A DNA stretch of 64,000 bases from Candidatus Peregrinibacteria bacterium (GTDB lineage: Bacteria; Patescibacteriota; Gracilibacteria; UBA1369), in the NCBI GenBank assembly GCA_963708185.1, contig OY970195.1, positions 1,088,001 to 1,152,000 on the forward strand, written 5' to 3'. The position numbers and the translations under genes are program-made. Under the pieces are notes generated by a model. The model had not been told where the DNA came from, searched no databases, and saw only the letters and a program-made list of their open reading frames with translations. Numbering within the stretch: the stretch's first letter is position 1; each line of letters starts with the position of its first letter. Positions 1 to 7,969 of this stretch are shown piece after piece.

Positions 1-180
1 AGCGGAGAATCCATCGTGCTCCGTCCCGTCAGTTCCGAAGAAGCCATGACCGCAAGCTTTTACCGCATTGATCCGGGCATCCTTCAGGAACTTTCGGAAA
101 GCATTGCCAAAATTCCGGGCATCACCTCGGTATTTTATGACGTCACGAACAAACCTCCCGGCACTATCGAGTGGGAATGA
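1..180 (+). CDS. guaA: GMP synthase, C-terminal fragment (gene runs off window start)
   Basis: Frame 1 reads ...IVLRPVSSEEAMTASF...VFYDVTNKPPGTIEWE*, the conserved GuaA C-terminus. Confidence 0.93.
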   Translation, partial: SGESIVLRPVSSEEAMTASFYRIDPGILQELSESIAKIPGITSVFYDVTNKPPGTIEWE

Positions 181-405
181 TCATTCCTCTTCGCCCGCGC
201 CCTCCAGTGTTTGCAACTGCCCTCCGCGAACGTGGTTCATGACGGCGGAAATTTCCTGTTCCGAAAAAAAGTAGGACTGGTCGCCGTTCCTTTCAAAACG
301 TCTTTTGCCGGCAAGAAATTCGCCAGGAAGTTCCCATTCTTTCCCCCCTTCATTGTCCCAATCTTCGTAAAGATTTGCATTGTCGAGGCGGCTGTTTGAG
401 CTCAT
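181..405 (-). CDS. Small acidic hypothetical protein (74 aa)
   Basis: ATG-started ORF after an AT-rich stretch, abutting the guaA stop; no recognisable motif. Confidence 0.55.
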   Translation of the reverse strand: MSSNSRLDNANLYEDWDNEGGKEWELPGEFLAGKRRFERNGDQSYFFSEQEISAVMNHVRGGQLQTLEGAGEEE

Positions 406-476
406 GGATGGTTCATAAAAATTTGTCCTGCACTTATATAGAGAATTGGCGCAAAAAAAGCAATGGATTTTAGCGA

Positions 477-1682
477 TCAGGAAAGCAGCGTCATCACCAG
501 CCCCGCCACAACAGGTATGATGACGTTATCATCGACGACCTGACTGATGTATCTGACCGTCACCGATTCGAAAACCATGCCGGCAACGCTCCCGAAAAAA
601 GCCACCGGGAAACTGACAAAAAAGAAAGCTGCAAGTGTGGAAGCCACGATGGCCAGTGCCGTGCCCTCCAGGTGCTTGCGGGGATTAAGCGGATTTTTGA
701 TCTTGCCGAAATACGTTCCGATGATGGTGGTTATGGCGTCACCGACTGCCATGATCGATATCGCGGCGAGGGCTATGTCCTGCTGGAAAAACTGTAAGGA
801 CAACAATGCTCCCAGCACCAGAAAAAATGACCCTTTGCCGGGAAAACTTTTGAGATCTTCCGGACGTTCAAAAAACAGCAGCATTTTGTCGATGACCGGG
901 ATGCGGTAAAAACGGACCAGGATCGAAAGCAGGCCTCCCAACAATAAAATTACGAAGAGTACTTGTTCATTCAAAAGCTGCAATTTCAGCAACAGAACGA
1001 TTGTCGCACCGGTGAGGACATGAGCGACCTGGCGCCTGAGTTCGAGCTTGTCTTTGACGTGATAAATGAACCATTCAAGAATCTTGTGGTGCTCCTCAAG
1101 ATAGATCCAGAATCTTGCGACCGCGTAGCCCACCATGCCCCCCAGAATAAGGTCGCTCAGATAATGTACCCCAAGGTAGAGACGGCTTAAAGCAATCGTC
1201 AGGATGATGGCTTTGCTTAAGATCTGGAGTTTTTTTGTCGGAAAAATTCTGGGGAGAAAAGGCCAGAGAGAAAAACAGAAAGCCGTATGGAGACTGGGCA
1301 TTGAAAATCCCGAAGCCTGGGTCAGGGGGATGGTCGCAACCACGGCGGCCGCGTAAGGACGCGGCGTCTGGAAAAGGACTTTTGCCAGATAGCTGATTTC
1401 AAGCGCCGTCCCTCCCGTCAAACCGACCAGGAAAAAATCCTGGAATTTTTTGTTCTTGAGAAGATAAAATATAAGGACGATAAAACAGTAGAGCATGCCG
1501 AAATCCGTCATGAACAGCATAAAAGCGTCCAGCGGGTACACGCGCAGCGCCCCAACGATTTTCAACACGGCGTCGTCGGCAAAAAGCGCGAGGTACAAAG
1601 CGATGAGTCCCGCGAGCATCCCCCACTTCTCGATGGAGGAAAAGACAGGTTTTACGAAATATTGGCGAAGCGTTGTGAACAT
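477..1682 (-). CDS. Fusion of a PAP2 lipid phosphatase and a CTP-dependent polyprenol/diacylglycerol kinase (dolichol/phytol kinase-like)
   Basis: PAP2 motifs KVLFQTPRP, PSLH, SRLYLGVHYLSD; C-terminal RRQVAH, VGDAITTIIG, KHLEGT, DDNVIIP; many TM helices. Confidence 0.85.
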   Translation of the reverse strand: MFTTLRQYFVKPVFSSIEKWGMLAGLIALYLALFADDAVLKIVGALRVYPLDAFMLFMTDFGMLYCFIVLIFYLLKNKKFQDFFLVGLTGGTALEISYLAKVLFQTPRPYAAAVVATIPLTQASGFSMPSLHTAFCFSLWPFLPRIFPTKKLQILSKAIILTIALSRLYLGVHYLSDLILGGMVGYAVARFWIYLEEHHKILEWFIYHVKDKLELRRQVAHVLTGATIVLLLKLQLLNEQVLFVILLLGGLLSILVRFYRIPVIDKMLLFFERPEDLKSFPGKGSFFLVLGALLSLQFFQQDIALAAISIMAVGDAITTIIGTYFGKIKNPLNPRKHLEGTALAIVASTLAAFFFVSFPVAFFGSVAGMVFESVTVRYISQVVDDNVIIPVVAGLVMTLLS

Positions 1683-1691
1683 TGCAGGTCA

Positions 1692-2519
1692 TTAAACGGA
1701 TTTTTGACCGGACAGATCAACGTGCCTGACATCTTCAAGCTCGTGCTCAAAAAATTCACTCCCCATGGTCTTGAATTTTTCCGGATCGTTCGTGGTGAGG
1801 TAGACTCTTTTGCCTTTTCTCGTGAGCTCTTTTTGGATCTCGGGGTGTCGCCGAAGATAGTCTTTGAGGCTTTCGGCAAGGATCGGGCCCGGGTTGAGCA
1901 CGTGAACGTTCTTTCCCATGATGCGCTGAAAATCTTTATAAAGAAACGGATAATGCGTGCATGCGAGAATCAAGGTATCGACATTGTGCGTTTTTAAAGA
2001 ACGCAGATATTTTTTGAGGATCATTCTGGTTTCCGGTTTCTTGTGCCAGTGTTCCTCAATGAGCGGGACCAGCAAAGGACAGGCCTGTTTGGCTATCTTA
2101 ACGTCCGGGCGAAGATGCGCGAGCTCATGTTCGAAACTCTTACTTTCAATGGTGCTTTTTGTCCCCACTACGCCGATTTTCCCACTGTGAGAAATCTTTA
2201 CCGCAGCTTCGACCTGGGGTTTGATCACACCGAGAATCTTGCGATCGGTGACATTGGGTTTGCGGAGATACTTTTCCTGCAAATGTCTCAACACGTTCGA
2301 TGACGCAGTATTGCAGGCGATGATGATCAGTGCGCAGCCTTGGTCGAAAAGATATTCCACCGCCTGTTCGGCAAAATGAATCAGTGTCTCCGTGGAACGG
2401 TTCCCGTAGGGCGCACGGGCGTTGTCGCCGAGGTACATGTAGTCGTATTCGGGCAGTTCTTTCAAAAAGTCCTTCAAAATGGTAAGTCCGCCGTATCCTG
2501 AATCGAAAACGCCAATCAC
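1692..2519 (-). CDS. murI: Glutamate racemase
   Basis: IGVFDSGYGGLT, GDNARAPYG, IACNTAS, LACTHYP; GTG start at 2519 chosen. Confidence 0.96.
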   Translation of the reverse strand: MIGVFDSGYGGLTILKDFLKELPEYDYMYLGDNARAPYGNRSTETLIHFAEQAVEYLFDQGCALIIIACNTASSNVLRHLQEKYLRKPNVTDRKILGVIKPQVEAAVKISHSGKIGVVGTKSTIESKSFEHELAHLRPDVKIAKQACPLLVPLIEEHWHKKPETRMILKKYLRSLKTHNVDTLILACTHYPFLYKDFQRIMGKNVHVLNPGPILAESLKDYLRRHPEIQKELTRKGKRVYLTTNDPEKFKTMGSEFFEHELEDVRHVDLSGQKSV

Positions 2520-2658
2520 GGGTTGAGAAAAAAAAGTAAGAAGAAAGAAGTTGCAAGAAGAATCCGGGGCAATTGTAGAGTTTCCGTGTGAGTATGCAAA
2601 GAGATTTCCTTTTTTTGGTGAATTTTTGTACACTGTAGGCCAGTATGTTTTTTTGTTT

Positions 2659-3399
2659 ATGGAAAAAGAAGGTTTCAGCTGGAAAGTACAGGCCACCTTT
2701 GTGATCACCGGAATCCTTGTGGGGGTTTTGGTGACGGCGCAGTTCAGAAGTTCGATCCCGGCAAGTTCCTATCCATACGACGAATACAAGGTTCAGCAGG
2801 ATCTGATCAAAAGCTATACCGATGATCAGGCCGTTTTGAAGACCAAAATCCTGAATCTGCGTAAACAGATCGATGACAAGCAAAAACAGTCCGGAACCGC
2901 CGTCCAGAAAACAAACCTGGACGTCCTTGAACAGTTGAAAAACGAAATAGGCCTGGCCACGGCTAAAGGTGACGGCATCGAAGTAACGCTCAACGACAGC
3001 CCTTTTGCCCAGCGCGCCTCCAGCGACGGCTCTGAGCAGTTTCTTATCCATGCCGCCGACCTGCGTGACGTCGTCAACCTTGCTTTCAGCGGCCAGGCCG
3101 ATGCCGTCGCCATCAACGGTCAGCGCGTCATAGCTTCCACGCCGATCACTTCCGTCGGAAATACCATTCTCGTCAATAACTTCCATGTCCTTCCACCCTT
3201 CACGATTACCGTGATCGGCGAACAGGATCTTTTGCTCCAGCGCTTCAACGACCCGACGACGCTGACCGATCTGAATAAGCGCGCTAAAAACCAGAAAATA
3301 ACCTATACGTTCGAGGCAAAACCCAACCTCGTCATCCCCGTGTATAGTGGAGATTTCCGCCTGAAATACGTCCAAGCCGTTAACGACACGATGCCATGA
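2659..3399 (+). CDS. DUF881 family protein
   Basis: N-terminal TM, coiled coil, GDGIEVTLND, LIHAADLRDVVN, AVAINGQRV, PPFTITVIG. Confidence 0.9.
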   Translation: MEKEGFSWKVQATFVITGILVGVLVTAQFRSSIPASSYPYDEYKVQQDLIKSYTDDQAVLKTKILNLRKQIDDKQKQSGTAVQKTNLDVLEQLKNEIGLATAKGDGIEVTLNDSPFAQRASSDGSEQFLIHAADLRDVVNLAFSGQADAVAINGQRVIASTPITSVGNTILVNNFHVLPPFTITVIGEQDLLLQRFNDPTTLTDLNKRAKNQKITYTFEAKPNLVIPVYSGDFRLKYVQAVNDTMP

Positions 3400-4037
3400 A
3401 ATACAAAGTAAAATATCGTGATTTAACGATCATCATCACCGGCATCCTTCTCGGATTCCTCGTTGTGCTGCAGTCACGGTCTTTCGGGGACGTTCAGAAC
3501 CAGATAGGGCGCGACAGCCGTGCCAACGTGTTCCGTGAAATTCAGATCCTCAAAGACACCAACCAGAACCTGGGCGATGAAATCACGGATCTTGAAACAC
3601 AACTCGACCAGGCGTCGAACCAGGAACAGGCCCTCAAGGGCATCCAGGATGAAATCCAGAAAGATAAGGTCATTGCCGGACATGTTGACGTAAGCGGCCC
3701 CGGCGTCGAACTCACCGTGAAAAACGTTCTGCCCGCCCTGTGGTTTACCGACATCGTCAATGAAATGTGGTCGGCCGGAGCAGAAGCCGTGAGCGTCAAT
3801 GACATCCGACTTACGAATACGACTATCGGTTTCGATACCCTGCCCAACGGACAGATCTCACTCAACGGAGTGATTCTCACCGCGCCGTACCGCTTTGACG
3901 CCATCGGCGATAAAAAGACGCTTGATGACGCATTGAGCCAAACCGGCGGAATTATCCAGAGGATAAGAGACAGCATTGCGGGCGTCGACGTAAGCATCGA
4001 TCAAAAAGACCTCGTCCAGATGGTTAAAGTCATCTAA
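3396..4037 (+). CDS. DUF881 family protein
   Basis: N-terminal TM, coiled coil, VSGPGVELT, NEMWSAGAEAVSVNDIR, APYRFDAIGD; ATGA overlap with upstream paralog. Confidence 0.9.
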   Translation: MKYKVKYRDLTIIITGILLGFLVVLQSRSFGDVQNQIGRDSRANVFREIQILKDTNQNLGDEITDLETQLDQASNQEQALKGIQDEIQKDKVIAGHVDVSGPGVELTVKNVLPALWFTDIVNEMWSAGAEAVSVNDIRLTNTTIGFDTLPNGQISLNGVILTAPYRFDAIGDKKTLDDALSQTGGIIQRIRDSIAGVDVSIDQKDLVQMVKVI

Positions 4038-4049
4038 CTCTTTTCCCGA

Positions 4050-4724
4050 CTATTTTATCGGAAAAAGGAACCAAAGCGGTTGAAGCAGAAGGAGAATAAA
4101 CAACAGAATGAGATAGATTCTTTTATTGAACCTTTCCTCGCGGTAGTTATTCATCGTCATCTCAAGTTCCATGACCTGACTATCAAGATCCTTGCGTAAA
4201 CGGCCCTTTTCGGCCTGTTCGTTGGCCAGGTCGCGCTTGTGGTCGAGAAGAGGCACACTCTCTTTTAAACTGGCCTCCAATTGCCCCACACGGTAATTCG
4301 CCATCTCCAGGCGCTGTTCCTTTTCGCGGAGTTCGTTCTTCAGCTCCTCGTAAAGCTTTTTATACACTTCAACATCCTCATCAACGCTGTGATTATTTGG
4401 CCTTTGCGTGCTTTTTTTCGGCATTTCGCGAACTTCGATGGTTCCGTCTTCGGACTCAACGGCGTGGAAGGTATTTCCCTCACTGTCTATCGACATGTCG
4501 ACTGGGATGATATCCTCTTTGTCGATAGACATTCGTGCTGTCGACATGTCGACAGCATTGTCGACTCTTCTTTGAGCCTTTAACTGCTTTATCTCTTTTC
4601 TATCCAGCCAAATCCTTCCGTCTCTCCGCTCATGCGACAGCTTACTCGAAGAGATATATCTGTCTACTGTCCTGACGGATATCTTTAGAAGCCTGCTAGC
4701 GGTTTTTCGATCAATATCGTACAT
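4050..4724 (-). CDS. Helix-turn-helix (excisionase/MerR-like) protein with coiled coil and C-terminal membrane anchor
   Basis: RKTASRLLKISVRTVDRYI...GRIWLD HTH; heptad region YKKLYEELKNELREKEQRLE...; hydrophobic tail IYLILLFILLLLQPLWFLF. Confidence 0.8.
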   Translation of the reverse strand: MYDIDRKTASRLLKISVRTVDRYISSSKLSHERRDGRIWLDRKEIKQLKAQRRVDNAVDMSTARMSIDKEDIIPVDMSIDSEGNTFHAVESEDGTIEVREMPKKSTQRPNNHSVDEDVEVYKKLYEELKNELREKEQRLEMANYRVGQLEASLKESVPLLDHKRDLANEQAEKGRLRKDLDSQVMELEMTMNNYREERFNKRIYLILLFILLLLQPLWFLFPIK

Positions 4725-4933
4725 AGTGGATACATGAGACAAACACTACCTAACGTCTATAGACATAAAATTGACATCGAGGAGACACTGTCGACATCGA
4801 TTTTAAGCCATCGGGAGACATTAGTCCAGGGTCTTCTTTCAAAAATACGTCGATTCCGCGTCCCTCCTTGCTTCGGCGCTGTCAATGTCGACTCGTCGTG
4901 TCTACCTTCTGTCTATGGACACGTCTATAGACA
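4484..4933. repeat. Cluster of TGTC(N0-4)GACA-type palindromes (GTCTATAGAC / GTCGAC), including a perfect 22-bp palindrome
   Basis: TGTCTATCGACA 4484, TGTCGATAGACA 4520, TGCTGTCGACATGTCGACAGCA 4536-4557, GTCTATAGAC 4755 and 4923, TGTCGACA 4789, TGTCTATGGACA 4910. Confidence 0.85.
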
Positions 4934-5072
4934 CCTCAAAAAGAGTCAAATAGCTCCCGGTACCTTCACGAAAAAATTACCTCAAAAACCTGAAAAATCT
5001 TCCGGGATCTTCGCTATAAATTCCCAACCGCGACGAGTTTACTTTTTTTTGATTTTGATTATAATTCTAACT

Positions 5073-5816
5073 ATGGCTGTGCTGAAAAAAATAAAAATTT
5101 ATCTTCTGCTAACGACACTCAGTCTGGGTAGTATTCCGCTTACATATGCGGAAAGTTCGGCAAATACCGGTCTCTTCATCACTCGCGGGGAAGCCGTTCA
5201 CGATATTGTCGATACTTTTGATTTGAAAACAAAAAATGCTCAGTTCATCAAACAATGCCTTGATCACCTCGATGAATGTTTCTTCGTATTTACGGCCATG
5301 ACCCGCTATTACCAGGTCAGTCTTGACCCGATGCAGCTTTACCCGGACGTGACGTACGCTTACCGGTATGCCAGCGATATCAACATCGCCACCATGCTCG
5401 GGCTCGTCCACGGCAACATCGACGAAAAAAACAGCCCTTTCTACCCGCGTTCCTACATGACGAGAATACAGGCCTTGAAAGTCATTCTGGGGGCAGCCGA
5501 CCTTATGGATTGGCGTGAGAAATTCGAACTGGTAAGGGATTTGGGCAATGAAGACGCCTTGCGCAACCAGACAAGCCCTTTCAAAGACGTTTCCGCGCTT
5601 CCGAACGACACCTGGTGGTATCCACGATATGTGAATTTTGCTCTTGATGTCGGCATCATCGATGCGGGACAATACTTCCGCCCGGATGAAGCCATCACCA
5701 ATGCCGAGTTCCGGGATATGCTCACACGGGCCCTCAAAGAGTCTGAAACTTTCCATGCAGCAACAAATCCTCAAGCTCAGCCATCAGCAGATTCAAGCCA
5801 GCAAGCCCTCCATTGA
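5073..5816 (+). CDS. S-layer homology (SLH) domain protein
   Basis: Signal peptide; ITRGEAV, FYPRSYMTRIQALKVIL, PFKDVS...WWYPRYVNFA...FRPDEAITNAEF. Confidence 0.88.
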   Translation: MAVLKKIKIYLLLTTLSLGSIPLTYAESSANTGLFITRGEAVHDIVDTFDLKTKNAQFIKQCLDHLDECFFVFTAMTRYYQVSLDPMQLYPDVTYAYRYASDINIATMLGLVHGNIDEKNSPFYPRSYMTRIQALKVILGAADLMDWREKFELVRDLGNEDALRNQTSPFKDVSALPNDTWWYPRYVNFALDVGIIDAGQYFRPDEAITNAEFRDMLTRALKESETFHAATNPQAQPSADSSQQALH

Positions 5817-6318
5817 GGAGGTGAAGCTCAAGAAACGTATGCCTTTGTACGTGGTTCTGGACAATATCCGGAGTATTTACAACGTGGGCGCCATGTTCAG
5901 GACCTGCGACGCTGTTCTCGCCAAAAAAATCATTCTCTGCGGAATTACCGGGCATCCGCCGAGAAAGGACATTGATAAAGTCGCTTTAGGGGCTGTTGAA
6001 GTGGTTCCATGGGAATACTGTCCATCCATCACCGAAACCCTCCTGAAACTCAAAGAAAACGGGGTCAAAATATGCGCTCTGGAACTGACAAAACAGAGTC
6101 TCAATTATCATGAGGCTTCATATGCCTTTCCGATGGCGCTGATCGTCGGAAATGAGGTTGACGGCATCAGTGAGGAAGCGATGCCTTATGTTGATTTTTC
6201 GATCGACATTCCGATGCTGGGCAGAGCAAACTCCTTGAATGTGGCGACGGCCCTGGGCATAGCGGCCTATGAGATTCAGTACCGATATCAACATGCTACA
6301 ATGAAGGCCGATTCATAA
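5755..6318 (+). CDS. TrmH/SpoU family RNA methyltransferase
   Basis: VVLDNIRSIYNVGAMFRT, LIVGNEVDGIS, IPMLGRANSLNVATA. Confidence 0.95.
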   Translation: MQQQILKLSHQQIQASKPSIEEVKLKKRMPLYVVLDNIRSIYNVGAMFRTCDAVLAKKIILCGITGHPPRKDIDKVALGAVEVVPWEYCPSITETLLKLKENGVKICALELTKQSLNYHEASYAFPMALIVGNEVDGISEEAMPYVDFSIDIPMLGRANSLNVATALGIAAYEIQYRYQHATMKADS

Positions 6319-6323
6319 TTTCT

Positions 6324-6815
6324 ATGCTCAAGCTGGAGTTTGAAAATCAGGTGAAAAATTTTCGTGGAACAAAAAAAATTTTTTGGCGGTACTTTCAAAA
6401 AACAGAAAAGATCCTGCTGAAACTTCCCGGATTTCAGGGAAAACTCAAAGGGACCGTCATGATCATCCTGACCGGCGACGCCCAGGTCCATGCTTTGAAC
6501 AGGGAATACCGGAGCGTGGACAAACCCACGGACGTCCTTTCTTTCAGCTATTTCGGCGAAAAAAAATTCCCGGGAGACGACGCAATCGGTGAGATCGTCA
6601 TCTCGGTGCCTACGGCGAAAAAACAGGCAAAAGAGCACAAGAAAACGTTGGGCCAGGAGCTGTCCTTTTTGTTTTTACACGGTCTTCTTCATGTTTTCGG
6701 TTTCGACCACATCAAGAAAAAAGAGCGGCAAGTGATGTTCGATCTTCAGGATGAAATTGTCGGCGACGACAGCTGGAGAGCCATTTGCGAGGCCGAAGCC
6801 GAAGAGGCTTATTGA
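6324..6815 (+). CDS. ybeY: rRNA maturation endoribonuclease YbeY
   Basis: LNREYRSVDKPTDVLSF, GEIVIS, HGLLHVFGFDH. Confidence 0.96.
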   Translation: MLKLEFENQVKNFRGTKKIFWRYFQKTEKILLKLPGFQGKLKGTVMIILTGDAQVHALNREYRSVDKPTDVLSFSYFGEKKFPGDDAIGEIVISVPTAKKQAKEHKKTLGQELSFLFLHGLLHVFGFDHIKKKERQVMFDLQDEIVGDDSWRAICEAEAEEAY

Positions 6816-6824
6816 TGAGCTTTC

Positions 6825-7373
6825 TTAGAGTTCCTTGAACGTGCTCGGGGCGATGTCGATCTTGAGATTTTCTTCCGAGCGGGCCTTTGCTTTGACGGGG
6901 ACTGTGGCCTCGACGTCCTTGACGATGATGCGGTCTTTTTTTATCTCCAGAATGTTTCCGCGGGCGATAATTTTTTCGTCATACGGGAACAGCCCAAGGA
7001 TGTTTTTGGCGATGGCCAGTTTCGTCATGACATAAAATTTTGGATTCATACCGATGTCGTAGACCTTTCCCAGGTATTTGCCTTTCTCGGTAAAAACCCG
7101 GTTGTACATGATGCGTATCTCTTTTTTTAAAACCTGCTGGACCTTGATGATTTCTCCGGTTTCAAGAATATCTTCCTGGTCGTGGATAAAGATGTTGTCT
7201 TCCCAGAACAAAATGTCGGCGGGTGCGATGACATATTGCCCGCGGGGAGCCAATAAAAATCCCACGACTTTTCCGGTTTCCGGTTCGATGACGATGTCTC
7301 CGACCCGGCCGGCGGGCATTCCTGAGGTCGTGAGAATCGGTGCGCCAATGGTTTGGGTGTAGTAGCGGTCCAT
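6825..7373 (-). CDS. Tandem PRC-barrel domain protein
   Basis: GRVGDIVIEPETGKVVGF and VFTEKGKYLGKVYDIGMN. Confidence 0.85.
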   Translation of the reverse strand: MDRYYTQTIGAPILTTSGMPAGRVGDIVIEPETGKVVGFLLAPRGQYVIAPADILFWEDNIFIHDQEDILETGEIIKVQQVLKKEIRIMYNRVFTEKGKYLGKVYDIGMNPKFYVMTKLAIAKNILGLFPYDEKIIARGNILEIKKDRIIVKDVEATVPVKAKARSEENLKIDIAPSTFKEL

Positions 7374-7418
7374 GTTTCCAGTGTATCAAATGCTCCGCCA
7401 GCCTGGAACAGGGTTTTA

Positions 7419-7447
7419 TTGACTTTATGCAGGGGTTCGCCTATAGT
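7419..7447 (+). promoter_or_regulatory. Sigma70-like promoter of tRNA-Pro
   Basis: TTGACT-N17-TATAGT, 36 nt upstream of the tRNA. Confidence 0.65.
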
Positions 7448-7483
7448 TTTTTCGCTTTTTCCAAGGTGAAGAGCCTTGTGTTT

Positions 7484-7560
7484 CGGGGTGTAGCGTAGTT
7501 GGCTAGCGCGCCTGGTTTGGGACCAGGAGGTCGTAGGTTCGAATCCTATCACCCCGACCA
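7484..7560 (+). tRNA. tRNA-Pro(TGG)
   Basis: CGGGGTG acceptor stem, anticodon arm CCTGG-TTTGGGA-CCAGG, GTTCGAATC T-loop, encoded CCA. Confidence 0.97.
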
Positions 7561-7624
7561 TGTTCCGCATGGTGCCCGGAAGCAATTGCCGTGCAACCCC
7601 CCGACCATTGTTTTATTCCGTTTT

Positions 7625-7960
7625 ATGAACACTCCGGATATCATTCCAGAATTTTCCGAGGACTTTATCGCTGAGGTCTCAAAACAGTGCAGGGAGCTCG
7701 GCTTTGAACCTCAACAATCCACAGGAAACAAAGGCATGCGGTTCGTACGCAAATCGAAGCTCAAAGCTCCCGGTGTGAACGTGCGTATTGACCGGAGAAA
7801 AGACGCCAACAACGAGACGGTGACGGCCGTCAGCGTCGACGGAGAGCCCTACCGGGTTTACGGAGGCTCCGTGGAAGCCGTGCGTGAATCCGATCCTCAA
7901 AAAGTGATTGAGATTATCCAGCGACGCCTGGAATTTTACAGGAAATTCAGCAAAAAATAG
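7625..7960 (+). CDS. Hypothetical protein (111 aa)
   Basis: ATG after T-rich run; protein-like composition; convergent with next gene. Confidence 0.65.
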   Translation: MNTPDIIPEFSEDFIAEVSKQCRELGFEPQQSTGNKGMRFVRKSKLKAPGVNVRIDRRKDANNETVTAVSVDGEPYRVYGGSVEAVRESDPQKVIEIIQRRLEFYRKFSKK

Positions 7961-7969
7961 CGTGCCAGT

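Noticed and set aside
7552-7608. CCCCGACCAT duplicated at the tRNA-Pro 3' end and at 7599 as an att-site remnant
   Set aside because: Only 10 bp, 47 nt apart, with no integrase nearby; chance cannot be excluded.
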